Shown: positions 34,719-44,975 of the stretch, piece after piece
Layout: every line of letters starts with the position of its first letter
How positions within the stretch are numbered: position 1 is the first letter of the stretch
From: an uncultured Acidobacteriota bacterium
Lineage (GTDB): Bacteria > Acidobacteriota > Vicinamibacteria > Vicinamibacterales > 2-12-FULL-66-21
Direction of reading: 5' to 3'
DNA length: 64,000 nt
NCBI GenBank assembly: GCA_963762995.1
Contig: CAVXMQ010000018.1
Location: 418,481 to 482,480 of the forward strand
Notes under the pieces: generated by a model
Seen by the model: only the letters and a program-made list of their open reading frames with translations
What the model was told of the DNA's origin: nothing
The model's database searches: none
Position numbers and translations under genes: made by a program

Positions 34719-35762
34719 CTACCGCACCTTCTTCCCGTCGATCCGCGTTGCCGTCGACGGGTCGTTCCGATCCTCGCGCCAGGTGGGGTGATTGAAATGA
34801 ATCACCCGGTCCCCGTTGTAGGAGATGACGGCGTTGTCGAACACCAGCGCGCCGATCCTCTTCCAGTTCCGAAACGTCCGGCGCAGGCGCACCCCTGGTC
34901 CGCTCGATTCCCCGTCGTCGGTGACCTCGATGTCGAAGGTCAGCGTCCGTTTCGGAAACGGGTCGCCGGGGTCGAAGATCTGCGCCATGATTTCGTCGCG
35001 GACATCGAGGTCGGCGCCTTCAATCTTCGGCTGTTGCGGTGACACCTGAAGTCGCATGAACTGCGGGCTCCGTGTCGGTTCCCCCGGCGGCTTCCCAAGC
35101 TCGGCGATTTGATAGAGCTGGCGCTGGCTGCCTTCTCGATCGACCTTGCCGAACGTGATCCCGACCCGCGTCAGCAGGGCGAACCCTAACGCGCCGCGAC
35201 GCGAGACCGTCACGTCGGGGGCGTTTCTGAGGTCAGCGTCGTTGATAAAGGCCGACTTCGCGCCGCCGATGTCTTCCTGCGTCATGAAGTTCGCCGTCCG
35301 CAGCGGCCGCGTGTCGTGCGGATCGGTCGTGGGAAACAGCTTGCCTACCATCGACAATGAGCGCGTGCGGCCCCGCCGCGTTTCGGTGCAGCAGGTGGAA
35401 TAGCGCGCGACGATCAGCGCCGTGCTGTCTTTGCGGAAGTAGCCCGAGTACGGCGTGTCTTCCGTGATCTGCCAGCGGCCCGTCAGGCAGACCCCGTTCG
35501 GGTGGACGAGCCGCGGAAATCCTTTGCGATCGCTGCCCCAGCGTAAGTCGGCCCCCGAATCGAGCGTGCGTTCGCTGTCGGTGAGGAACTGGCGGGTCGC
35601 ACCGAAGATCAGGCCGCCGAAGACCGATGTGAACGTGACCTCGTAGACAGGCAGTGCCGGTTCGCCGGCGCCTCCCCAGATGCGCTGATACGGGTTGGCA
35701 AAGATCGCCGCGACAACGTCGGAGTAACGCGAGCCGGAGGTCTGGCCGTCGAGTGTGGCCAC
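34719..35762 (-). CDS. Hypothetical protein (347 aa), family not recognised
   Basis: Long ORF with balanced composition. The segment FPRLVHPNGVCLTGRWQI...ALIVARYS faintly recalls the catalase-core pattern, but the catalytic context is not evident. Divergent from the VTT-PLD-EEP genes. Confidence 0.6.
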   Translation of the reverse strand: MATLDGQTSGSRYSDVVAAIFANPYQRIWGGAGEPALPVYEVTFTSVFGGLIFGATRQFLTDSERTLDSGADLRWGSDRKGFPRLVHPNGVCLTGRWQITEDTPYSGYFRKDSTALIVARYSTCCTETRRGRTRSLSMVGKLFPTTDPHDTRPLRTANFMTQEDIGGAKSAFINDADLRNAPDVTVSRRGALGFALLTRVGITFGKVDREGSQRQLYQIAELGKPPGEPTRSPQFMRLQVSPQQPKIEGADLDVRDEIMAQIFDPGDPFPKRTLTFDIEVTDDGESSGPGVRLRRTFRNWKRIGALVFDNAVISYNGDRVIHFNHPTWREDRNDPSTATRIDGKKVR

Positions 35763-35851
35763 GGCCCGGACTATACGCCCGCGGCAGCGCGACGCAAGCG
35801 GATTCTGAGGTGGGCACCCTTCTTGCTCAGCACAAGCATAAGGAACGGGAC

Positions 35852-36514
35852 GTGGATCAGCTTGTGTGGCTTCGTGTCGGCGCAGTTCTAACTATTTGTG
35901 CCCTGCTGGTGGTCGCGTCGAGATGGATACCAGTGACGATGCTGGATCCCGACGAGATTTCCGCGTGGGCGGAACCGTACCGCCATGCGTGGTACGCCCT
36001 GCCGATGGTCATGCTCGCGTTCGTCGCGTTCGGCCTCGCGCCTGTAATGCTGTTGATCACGCTGACCGGCATTGCGTTCGGTCCGGTGCTCGGACCGATC
36101 TATGCGATGGCCGGATCTCTTGCGAGTGCCTCGATGGGCTTCGGCATCGGCCGTTGGCTGGGCCTCGATCGTGTCGCGTGGCTCGGCGGTGAACGCGTCA
36201 CCACCGTGACACGCGCGCTGAAACGGAACGGCACGCTCGCGGTCTTCTTTGCCCGCAAGGTGCCGGTGCCGTTCATCCTCGCCAATATCGTGATGGGCGC
36301 CTCGACCGTGCGTTACCGGGATTTCCTCCTCGGCACCGCGCTCGGAATGACCGCCATCGTCATCGCGCTTGCCGGCTTCGGCTATCAGCTCACGCAGGCG
36401 CTGCGCAATCCCTCGCCAGGCACGGCGCTCACCGCGGCGGTGTTTGTCGTCGTACCGCTGACGTTGGCGTGGTTCATCAACCGCACCCTGCGTCGTGCGA
36501 GGCCGGCCGAATGA
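35852..36514 (+). CDS. TVP38/TMEM64 (VTT/DedA-like) family membrane protein
   Basis: From GTG 35852 (AAGGAA upstream): multi-TM protein with the VTT-type core GPIYAMAGSLASASMGFGIGRWLG...FFARKVPVPFILANIVMGAS. Confidence 0.7.
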   Translation: MDQLVWLRVGAVLTICALLVVASRWIPVTMLDPDEISAWAEPYRHAWYALPMVMLAFVAFGLAPVMLLITLTGIAFGPVLGPIYAMAGSLASASMGFGIGRWLGLDRVAWLGGERVTTVTRALKRNGTLAVFFARKVPVPFILANIVMGASTVRYRDFLLGTALGMTAIVIALAGFGYQLTQALRNPSPGTALTAAVFVVVPLTLAWFINRTLRRARPAE

Positions 36515-38668
36515 GTGGTGCCACGCAACGCGTGGCGGATCCCGGACGGAACTGCTGGCGGCTCGACCGCGCGGACCGCTTCTACTGTATCCAGGATGCG
36601 GCTCATTATTTTCAGCTGGTGAGACAGGCGCTGCTCGCAGCGCGCGACACGGTGTTCATCCTCGGTTGGGATATGGCCTCGACGATCGACCTCGCGCCAG
36701 GGCTCAGCGATGACGGCGCGCCGACCCGGCTCGATGCGCTGCTCGCCTTCGTCGCGAAGCGGCGTCCACACCTGCGTATCTACATCTTGATCTGGGACTA
36801 CGGTTCGCTCTACACGCTCGAGCGTGAACCGTTGACGCGCTGGCGGATGCGATGGCGTATGCCACGCGGGGTCCGCTTCAGATTCGATGATTACCATCCA
36901 GTCGGCGCGAGCCATCACCAGAAGATCGTCGTGGTTGACGATCAGTTGGCGTTTTGCGGCGGCATCGATCTGACGGGACACCGGTGGGACACGAGCGACC
37001 ATCGGCTCGAAGAGCCGGCGCGAAAGACCATCATGGGCCGGCCGTATGGCCCGTACCACGAAGTGCAGGCCATGGTGAGTGGACCGGCGGCAGCCAGTCT
37101 CGGCGTGCTCTCGCGTGATCGCTGGCGGGCCATCGGATACGACAAGCTGCCGCCGATCGGCGCGGCGAGTGACGATCTGTGGCCATCGGATACCGCGCCC
37201 GATCTGACCGGCGTCGACGTCGCGATCTCGCGCACGATGCCGCCCTCGAACGGGCAGCCGGCGATCAGGGAATGCGAAGCGTTGTTCCTCGATTCAATCG
37301 CGCGCGCGAAGCGGCTGATCTACATCGAAAACCAATACTTCACCGACGACACGCTCGCCGGCGCATTGGCCGCGCGGCTGGCCGAGCCCGATGGCCCTGA
37401 AATCGTGGTCGTGGTGCCGAAAGAATGCTTCGGCTGGCTCGAGCGGCAGTCGATGGGCGCCTTTCGCGATGTGGCCTTCCGACGAATGACGGACGCCGAC
37501 ACCTCCGGTCGGCTGCGGCTGGTCTATCCAATTGCTTCCCGAGCGCATGACGTTCCGACGTTCGTGCATTCGAAAGTGATGATCGTGGACGACGAGCTGG
37601 TGCGGATTGGTTCAGCCAACTTCGCACGACGGTCGATGGGCATGGACAGCGAGTGCGATCTGGCGGTGGAGGCGGGCGGCGACCCGCAGGTACGTGCTGG
37701 CATACGGCACGTTCGCGATCGGCTGGTCGCCGAGCACCTGGGCCTTGCCGTGGATGCCGTGTCAGGGGAGATCGAACGCCGCGGATCACTGTGCGCGCTG
37801 ATCGATGCGCAAAAAGGCGCCGACCGCACGCTGCTCCCGGTCGAACCGGTGACCGATCAGGTCGCCGAACCGTCGACGGTTCTTCGAGCCACCATCGATC
37901 CCGGCGAGCCACTGGGCTTTGGCCCGACGCTGACGCAAATGGTGCCGCCAATCAACGCGACGGGCGGAAGTAGTCCGCTGCGTCTGTGGATTCTGCCCGC
38001 GATCGCGCTCTTCGCTGCATTGGTGACATTCGCCGCGATCAACACGCGACCGGAATTCCAGGCGGTCCGGCGAGGCGCTGCAAGGCACAGCGAGCCTGCC
38101 GTCAGCGCTCTGGATGGGCACGACGGCGTTTGTGGTGGCGGGGCTGCTGCTCGTCCCGCTGGAATTGCTGACCATTGCCGCCGCCTTGGCGCTCGGTGGG
38201 GTGCGCGGCGGACTGGTGGCGGCCATTGGCTGGCTGGCGCTGGCGGTGATCGGCTACGTGGCCGGCCGCGCGATCGGCGCTTCGGGTGTGGCGCGGTGGG
38301 TCAGCCGGCGATCGTATCGATCGGTGCGCCAGCTCGGCGCCCACGACGTGATCGGCGTGCTCGTGCTGCGCCTGTCGAGCGTCGCCAGCACCGGGGCGGT
38401 TCATCTGCTGTGCGGCGCGGGCCGCGTCCCGTTCACGGCGTACATCGCCGGCACGATCATCGCCATGGTCCCCACGATCGTGGCGTTGAGCACTCTTGGG
38501 GATGTGTTCCGCCACGCGCTGCTCGATCCGTCGATGTCGAACGCGCTCACCACGATAACCGTCGCGGTGCTGCTCATCCTTCTCGCAAGCGCTGTCCGCA
38601 CGCTGCTGCTGATTCGCCAGTTCGCACCCTCGGTCGCCATGCATCGGGACCGCGCGGAGTTCGGGTGA
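36511..38668 (+). pseudogene. Phospholipase D-family (two HKD motifs) protein fused to a C-terminal VTT/DedA-like membrane domain, one frame break (or assembly indel)
   Basis: ATG 36511 overlaps the upstream stop (ATGA). HKD1 HHQKIVVVDD..GGIDL, HKD2 VHSKVMIVDD..IGSANF, TM LRLWILPAIALFAALVTFAAI. The VTT domain is ORF 38114..38668, one base out of frame. Break near 38060-38075. The 981-aa track ORF is a read-through in the wrong frame. Confidence 0.8.
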
Positions 38669-39414
38669 GAACACCGCCGCCGCCGAACCTTCGCGTCGCC
38701 ACCTACAACGTCCACGCGTGCGTCGGCACCGACGGACGCCACGATCCCGACCGCGTCGCCGGGGTCGTCGCCGAACTGGAAGCCGACATCGTCGCGTTGC
38801 AGGAATTCACCTACCCCGCCAGCGTCGCGATCGAATCCCGCATGCCGGTGACACTGACGATGCTGGACGGGTACGAGTGTCTGCTGGGGCCGACCCGTAA
38901 CACCGTGACCGAATGCTTCGGCAACGCGCTGTTCACCAGGCATCGCGTCGTCGACGTGCACCGCATCGACCTGTCGATGGAGCGCCGCGAACCACGCGGG
39001 GCGCTGGCTGCGACCATCGAGGTCCGCGGCACCGTCGTCCATGTGCTCGCCGCCCATCTCGGTCTGCGGGTCCATGAACGGCGTTTTCAGGTGCGCCAGA
39101 TCCTGGAGTATCTCGAATCGGTCCGCCGTTCGCTGGTGGTGGTGCTCGGTGATTTCAACGACTGGCTGCCCGGCCGATCGGCTGCGCACGTCCTCGACGA
39201 TCGTCTCGGCCGCCCGCCTCGTCCGGCGTCGTTTCCGGTGTTCTGGCCGATCGTGGCGCTCGATCGCATCTGGGTGAATCCCATCCATGCGCTGCGAGGC
39301 GTTTCCACTCACACCACGCCGGCGGCACGACAGGCCTCGGATCACTTTCCGGTGGTCGCCGACATCGACGTCAGCGTGGCACATGACCGCGCCGTCGGTA
39401 GTGGGTCAGTTTGA
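38665..39414 (+). CDS. Endonuclease/exonuclease/phosphatase (EEP) family protein
   Basis: GTG 38665 overlaps the VTT stop (GTGA). Blocks RVATYNVH, IVALQEF, VVLGDFND, ASDHFPV. Confidence 0.8.
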   Translation: MRTPPPPNLRVATYNVHACVGTDGRHDPDRVAGVVAELEADIVALQEFTYPASVAIESRMPVTLTMLDGYECLLGPTRNTVTECFGNALFTRHRVVDVHRIDLSMERREPRGALAATIEVRGTVVHVLAAHLGLRVHERRFQVRQILEYLESVRRSLVVVLGDFNDWLPGRSAAHVLDDRLGRPPRPASFPVFWPIVALDRIWVNPIHALRGVSTHTTPAARQASDHFPVVADIDVSVAHDRAVGSGSV

Positions 39415-39471
39415 AATTCGCTTCGGCCGTGCGAGACTGAGGCCGGACCGCCGCGTGGCAGGCAAAAGGCA

Positions 39472-39951
39472 ATGACACGAACCTGGCCAGAGGACTGGGA
39501 CGTCCGGAAACAAGGGGCGGGGTGCTGGTTTTGTGGGAACCAGCTCGGTCAGCCGTTTTACGCAGGAAGCGTGGGTGACGCACACCTGGAGCGACACGCC
39601 ATCGCTCGTGGCCATGCGATCGTCATCTTTCGAGATCGTCACGTGGCGGACTTCACGAGCCTGAGCACCTCCGAAGTCGCCGCGTACTGGCACGACATTC
39701 ACAGCGTCGCGCAGATGATCGAGCATGTGTTCGCGCCGTGCCACATGAACTACCAACTGCTCGGAAATTCGGTGCCGCACCTCCACGTCCACCTTGTGCC
39801 GAGGTACCTTGACGATCCGGCTCCGGGAAAACCGCTGCCCTGGGAGCCGAAGCCTGTCCCCCAGCCCGAGTACGACAGGCAGGTCCGGCTTCTGACTGAC
39901 GTCGCCAAGACTATCCGAGTGCCCGCTCCGACAACGCCAGATTCAAACTGA
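39472..39951 (+). CDS. HIT family protein
   Basis: 159-aa ORF with the histidine triad HLHVHLVPR. Confidence 0.85.
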   Translation: MTRTWPEDWDVRKQGAGCWFCGNQLGQPFYAGSVGDAHLERHAIARGHAIVIFRDRHVADFTSLSTSEVAAYWHDIHSVAQMIEHVFAPCHMNYQLLGNSVPHLHVHLVPRYLDDPAPGKPLPWEPKPVPQPEYDRQVRLLTDVAKTIRVPAPTTPDSN

Positions 39952-39975
39952 CCCACTACCGTCGGCCTCGGGTCC

Positions 39976-40005
39976 TTCGGACACCCGCCTATGTTCTGGT
40001 AGAAT
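39976..40005 (+). promoter_or_regulatory. Candidate extended -10 promoter for tRNA-Thr
   Basis: TTCGGA (39976-39981), 18-nt spacer ending in TGg, TAGAAT (40000-40005). The tRNA starts 22 nt downstream of the -10. Confidence 0.35.
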
Positions 40006-40026
40006 ATCGGCTTCCGCCCACGCCAA

Positions 40027-40102
40027 GCCGGCGTAGCTCAGTTGGTAGAGCAGCTGATTCGTAATCAGCAGGTCGTCGGTTCGAGTCCGACCGCCGGCTC
40101 CA
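40027..40102 (+). tRNA. tRNA-Thr (anticodon CGT), CCA encoded
   Basis: Hand fold: acceptor GCCGGCG/CGCCGGC, D arm GCTC-AGTTGGTA-GAGC, anticodon arm GCTGA-TTCGTAA-TCAGC, variable AGGTC, T arm GTCGG-TTCGAGT-CCGAC, discriminator T, CCA. 76 nt. Confidence 0.95.
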
Positions 40103-40210
40103 ATATCAGGCGGGGGCTTCGCCCCGCGCACCCCCTACACACTCACTCGCGCGGCGGCGCCGCGCTCCGTTCGCGTGGGCGCTCGCTTCGCTCGCGCTTA
40201 TCTTTCTTCG
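40056..40210. repeat. Direct repeat copy A (3' 47 nt of tRNA-Thr + 108 nt downstream)
   Basis: Matches 45900-46053 except one C-run length difference (ccccc vs cccc) and one substitution (gcgctta vs gcgccta). Confidence 0.9.
40110..40127 (+). terminator. Hairpin GCGGGG-(loop)-CCCCGC just 3' of tRNA-Thr
   Basis: GC-rich 6-bp stem 8 nt after the CCA. It is part of the duplicated flank (also at about 45954-45971). Confidence 0.35.
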
Positions 40211-40352
40211 TTAGGCGGGGGCTTGGCCCGCACTCCCCTACAAGCTCACCCTGTCCCCGCCCTAGCAGCGAAGCAGCGAAGGCTGATCGCACCGCGGTCG
40301 ATTTATGGGACATTGCGGACTCTACCCGATCAACCTCATTGCTGCATCCGGA

Positions 40353-40866
40353 TCAGAAGCGACTTCCTGCACCCCGGGGCTTGTTGCGAGGATCGTCGAC
40401 GGCGTTGACGTAGTTGATGGCCCACGGGCCGGTGCCATGAAGCTGAATCACCGTCTCCCCTTTGCCGACGCGTAATGGCGCGTGCCGGAGGGCATGAGCG
40501 CGAAGGCTCCTGCGCGGAGCTCGTGGCCCCCAGTCTGCTCGAACTTATCCCCAATACCCATCACGAAGGTCCCCTGCACGACCGTCACGTGCTCATCCGC
40601 GGGATGCCAGTGCGGTGGTAACCGGTACCCGTCAGGCATTTTGATTCGTAGCGTAAACGGGCCGGGCTTCGATGGATCGCCCTCGAGAGCGGCGGCCTGA
40701 GCACCTGGCGGCAACGAAGCGGGACCCGCAACCCACTTCGTGCCGTTGCCGGCGTGAACATGACGTGGGAACGCTTGACCTCCTGTGCCCCTATCGTGCC
40801 CGCCGTCCAGAACGCTGCGGCGCCGGTCACCATTGCGAGGGCAGCGAGGGCAGTTCGTGTTCGCAT
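40353..40866 (-). pseudogene. Secreted cupin-domain protein, two frame breaks
   Basis: ATG 40866 (GGAGGA upstream) gives MRTRTALAALAMVTGAAAF. Cupin core LPPHWHPADEHVTVVQGTF...PSGTRHYA is in the frame of ORF 40448..40714. The C-terminus GETVIQLHGTGPWAINYVNAVDDPRNK is in a third frame (stop 40353-40355). One-base deficits near 40738-40750 and 40455-40462 (G-runs). Confidence 0.7.
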
Positions 40867-41060
40867 TTTATGAAGTCCTCCTGGACTCAAAGGTCACAGC
40901 CACATGATCGATCCGATGCTTTGATGGCTATCCCCGACCAATCAGGTCCCATTGCATGTACGGGGCGCATTCAACACACGGCCTCGCCTACGACCGTAGG
41001 CCCACCATTACCGCGTGCAGGTTCGGGGTCTATACGCACGTATACCGAAGCCTTTGTTGT

Positions 41061-41699
41061 TCAGTGGCGGCGATAAACGGCGACCTGCCAGGGTCCTATC
41101 GCCTTCCAGAAGAAGCCAACGAGACCGGCCTCACTGGTCAGCCTGTCGATCACATCCGATGAGGGCACGGAGGCGTAAACGGGTCCGCGCCACACGAGCA
41201 GGTTCATCACATTCACTACCATTCTGACCGGCAGAGTGTCGCGTGGATAGACGAGCCCATACAAGCGGCGAGCTCGTGCCGCGGAGAGCTGAATCAATCG
41301 CTTCCAATCAGGACAGACGTTAATGACGCGGTCGAGCGTCACGATGTCGGCGGGAGGTATTGTTCCAGCAAGATCTAGGAAGTCACCATGGTGGTAGGCG
41401 ACCCGGCCGCTGAGGCCTCGACGCTCGCTTTCCTCCCGCGCCGTTTGGATATAAGCATCCGAGGCGTCGACGCTCGTCACATGGGCGGCTCCAGCGGCCA
41501 GCAGCTCGTGCTGGATCGCGCCGATTCCTCCGCCAATATCGATCACTGTTGCACCGTCGACGCCCTCTGTGCTGAGCGCATCAATCAGCATCCTCGTCGA
41601 CGGAATTGGCCCGTTGCGGCGATAGCGGCGCAGCTCAGACGCTGCCTTCCGTGTGTTGTAGAAATCGCCGAAATCCCTCACCGAAGGCGAATCAGGCAT
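41061..41699 (-). CDS. Class I SAM-dependent methyltransferase (paralog of 44976..45644)
   Basis: Start placed at ATG 41699 (MPDSPSVRDFGDFYNTRKAASELRRYRRNGP), parallel to the paralog N-terminus. SAM motif VIDIGGGIG. Confidence 0.75.
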   Translation of the reverse strand: MPDSPSVRDFGDFYNTRKAASELRRYRRNGPIPSTRMLIDALSTEGVDGATVIDIGGGIGAIQHELLAAGAAHVTSVDASDAYIQTAREESERRGLSGRVAYHHGDFLDLAGTIPPADIVTLDRVINVCPDWKRLIQLSAARARRLYGLVYPRDTLPVRMVVNVMNLLVWRGPVYASVPSSDVIDRLTSEAGLVGFFWKAIGPWQVAVYRRH

Positions 41700-41791
41700 T
41701 GCGCACACCCCAGCTTCCCACTGCGCCCGCGTCTGGGCGCTTCGCGCCGACAGTGGATTGGGCCTTTCTCCGAAGTGCTTGACACGCATAG

Positions 41792-41815
41792 TCAAGTATT
41801 ATATTGAATACTTGA
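41792..41815. promoter_or_regulatory. AT-rich 9-6-9 inverted repeat TCAAGTATT-atattg-AATACTTGA; candidate ArsR-type operator overlapping a promoter
   Basis: Perfect palindrome arms ending 2 nt before the ATG (41818) of the ArsR-rhodanese gene. TTGACA lies at 41779-41784, with TATATT/TATTGA -10 candidates inside the palindrome. Confidence 0.45.
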
Positions 41816-41817
41816 AT

Positions 41818-42520
41818 ATGCGCGACAGTCACCATCGAGAATTCAAGGACCGCTTTACGGCCAGTTCGCCCGGCTCGGGAAAGCGCTGTCCAACCCTCAT
41901 CGTCTCGAGATGCTCGAACTGCTGGCGCAAGGCGAGCGGACTGTTGATTCGCTGGCGACGGAGATCGGTCTCTCGGTGGCGAACGCCTCGCAGCATCTGC
42001 AGGCGCTCCGACAGGCGGCGCTCGTTGAAAGTCGGAAGGACGGATTGTTCGTGCACTACCGGCTTGCCGATCCGGACGTGTTCGAGCTGTCGAAAGTCAT
42101 TCGATCGGTGGCCGAACGACGTCTGGCTGAACTCGAACGATTGGTGAAGGAGCACTTTGGGCATCGCACCGACGCAGAGCCCGTTCCGATGGACGAGCTC
42201 CTCAAAGCGCGCCCGGTCAAAGCAGGTCGTCATTCTCGACACACGACCGACAAGCGAGTACATCGCTGGGCACATCCCGGGCGCGCTGTCGATTCCCGTC
42301 GATGATCTTCAGCGGCGTCTGAAGGAGCTCACCAAGAGCAAGGAATATGTGGCGTATTGCCGTGGCCCCTATTGCATCTACGCCGATCGGGCGGTCGAGA
42401 TTCTCCGGGCACAACGGCCGTCGCGCGCGACGGCTGGTCGAAGGATTTCCGGAATGGCGTTCGGCCGGATTCCCGGTGTCCCAAGGAAAGCGAACCAGGG
42501 TCGCTGAGCTGAAGTCGTGA
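41818..42520 (+). pseudogene. ArsR/SmtB-family transcriptional regulator fused to a rhodanese domain, three frame breaks
   Basis: MRDSHHREFKDRF / YGQFARLGKALSNPHRLEMLELLAQGERTVDSLATEIGLSVANASQHLQALRQAALV (wHTH) / QVVILDTRPTSEYIAGHIPGALSIP...YCRGPYC / GRRARRLVEGFPEWRSAGFPV. Breaks near 41854-41856 (T-run deficit), 42195-42225 and 42412-42420. Confidence 0.75.
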
Positions 42521-43869
42521 CGACGATGGCCGCCACGATTGGCACAGTGCGCCTTGGGCTCCGGGAGAACCTCGCGCAGTTCTCGCTCCTCGTCCTGGTC
42601 AACGCCTTCGTCGGCGGCATGGTGGGACTCGAGCGCACGGTCGTCCCGCTCATCGGCACCGAGGAATTCGGCATCGGCTCGGAGGTGGTGGTCTTCTCGT
42701 TCATCATCACCTTCGGTCTGATCAAGGCCTGCGTGAATCTCGTGTCCGGCTTGCTCGCTGATCGGTACACGCGCAAGACGGTGCTGGTGGCAGGTTGGGT
42801 CGTCGGCCTCCCAGTGCCGTTCATGCTGGCGATACGGGCCGTCGTGGGCATGGATCGTCGGCGCGAACGTGTTCCTCGGCATCAGTCAGGGGCTCGCCTG
42901 GTCGATGACGGTGAACATGAAGATCGACCTGGTCGGGCCTGGCCGTCGCGGCTTTGCCATGGGGTTGAACGAGGCTGCCGGCTACGGCGCGCTTGGCCTG
43001 ACCGCGCTGGCCACCGGCTACGTGGCTGCGCGGTACGGGCTTCGACCCGAGCCCTTCTATTTCGGAATCGTCTACTCAGCGCTGGGTCTCGTGCTCTCGG
43101 TCTTCCTCGTCCGTGACACGCGCGCACATGCCAGGTTGGAAGCATCGGCCCACAGTACATCCGAGCCGATCGACAGGCCTTCGACGGCACACGTCTTCGC
43201 CGAAACGAGCTGGCGAAACAAGACGCTCTTCTCCGCATCGCAGGCGGGACTCGTCAACAACCTGAACGACGGCATGTCGTGGGGCGTCTTCCCGCTGCTG
43301 TTCGTGGCAAACGGTGTGAGCCTGGAAGGAGTTGGACTGATCAAGGCCGTCTACCCGGTTATTTGGGGTGCCGGTCAAATCGTCACCGGATCCTTGGCCG
43401 ATCGGATCGGACGGAAGCCGCTGATCGTGTGGGGCATGCTCGTTCAGGCCGCTGGCCACGCGGTCATCGGGCTGGGCCTCGCTGCCCCCTGCTATCCGGT
43501 CTCGTCGGCTCAGTGTTGCTGGGTCTTGGCACGGCGATGGTGTATCCCGCCCTGCTCGCGGCCGTCGGCGATGTGGCTCACCCGGCATGGCGCGCCACGT
43601 CGGTGGGTGTCTATCGATTCTGGCGCGATCTTGGGTACGCGGTGGGCGCGCTGATGGCCGGTGTGGTCGCTGCCTTGTTGGGCCTCGTGTGGGCGGTGCA
43701 CGTCGCTGGGATTCTGACCGCGCTGTCAGGGCTCCTGGCCTGGGCACAGATGAACGAGACGCTGCCACGCGTCCGCATCGCGACTGACAGTGCTCCACTT
43801 CGAACCGTGGCGCCACGCGGGATTCCGCGACACCCCAGATACGTTGATTCTCTGCGGGGATTGAAATGA
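42517..43869 (+). pseudogene. MFS transporter, two frame breaks
   Basis: GTG 42517 overlaps the upstream stop. Three ORF-track pieces (42517.., 42869.., 43279..43869) join into a 12-TM-like protein (…LADRYTRK…, …SLADRIGRKP…). Breaks near 42828-42833 and 43484-43492 (C-run). Confidence 0.75.
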
Positions 43870-44971
43870 CCAACACGATCGAGACGAACACTTTGCGTGA
43901 CTGGCTCGAGGCACACCACCCTGTCGTGGTGCTGGACGTGCGGAGCGACGAGGATCATGCCCAATGGGCCATTCCAGGCAGCGTGCACATCAACGCATAC
44001 GAGGCGTTGCGCGCGGGACAGCCTGGTGCCTTGGCCAGCGCAATACTTCCGCACGACCGACCGGTGGTCACGGTATGCAATGCCGGTCGGGTGAGCCAGA
44101 CTGCCGCCGCATTCCTCGTCGAACGCGGTTTCGATGCGCGGTCTCTCGTCGGTGGTATGAAGGCGTGGAGCCTCGCGTGGAACACCGCCGACGTACCGCT
44201 CCCTGACGCTCGCGTCCAAGTCGTCCAAGTGCGCCGTACCGGCAAGGGATGCCTCTCATACGTCGTGGGCTCAGGGCCGGACGCCGTGGTGATAGACCCA
44301 TCCGTCGCCCCGGACGTCTACGTTGATTTGGCCGACCGTCGCGGATGGACGATTCGGTACGTGATCGAGACGCACATCCACGCGGACCACCTGTCGCGCG
44401 CGAAGGACCTGACCCAGCGAACGGGTGCCGCGCTCCTGCTGCCTGCGCAGCCCCGTGCCAAGTTTCCCTTCACTCCCGTCGCGGATGGCGAGCGCATACA
44501 GATCGGGAACGCGACACTGACCGCTCTACATACACCCGGCCACACGAACGAAAGCACGTCATACGTTCTCGACGATGTCGCCGTCTTCACCGGAGACACG
44601 CTCTTCACGAACGGCGTCGGACGTCCAGACCTGCATGCCAACGGCGAAGCCGCGCGCGAACGTGCCCGTGCGCTGTTTCTGTCGCTCACCAGGCTGCGAC
44701 AGCTCCCACCCGGGATGGTGGTGCTGCCCGCACACGCGGGCGAACCCATCCCGTTCGACCGGCAGCCGATCGCCACACGAGTGCACGACGTGTCGATCTG
44801 GTTGTCGGACTGGATCGCATCGCAATCGGCCTTCGTGGAACGGGTCACCTCCAGCTCCCGCCCACGCCGCCGAACTTTGTCCGTATCGTCGAGCTCAATG
44901 AGGCCGGGGAGTTTCCGACCGCTCACGCCGCCGAGCTCGAAGCTGGTGCGAACCGCTGCGCAGTGAGATAG
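43866..44971 (+). pseudogene. Rhodanese + metallo-beta-lactamase-fold protein (persulfide dioxygenase-like), one frame break
   Basis: ATG overlaps the MFS stop (ATGA). Rhodanese loop VTVCNAGRVS, MBL motif ETHIHADH, HTPGHT. The C-terminus QLPPTPPNFVRIVELNEAGE...EAGANRCAV is in the frame of ORF 44345..44971. One-base deficit near 44835-44855. Confidence 0.8.
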
Positions 44972-44975
44972 CCGT

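Noticed and set aside
36469-39414. 981-aa track ORF suggesting a giant PLD-EEP fusion
   Set aside because: The middle third (about 38075-38660) is Arg/Gly/Pro-rich nonsense typical of an off-frame GC-rich read. The real sequence there is the VTT domain in ORF 38114..38668, and the EEP gene starts at GTG 38665.
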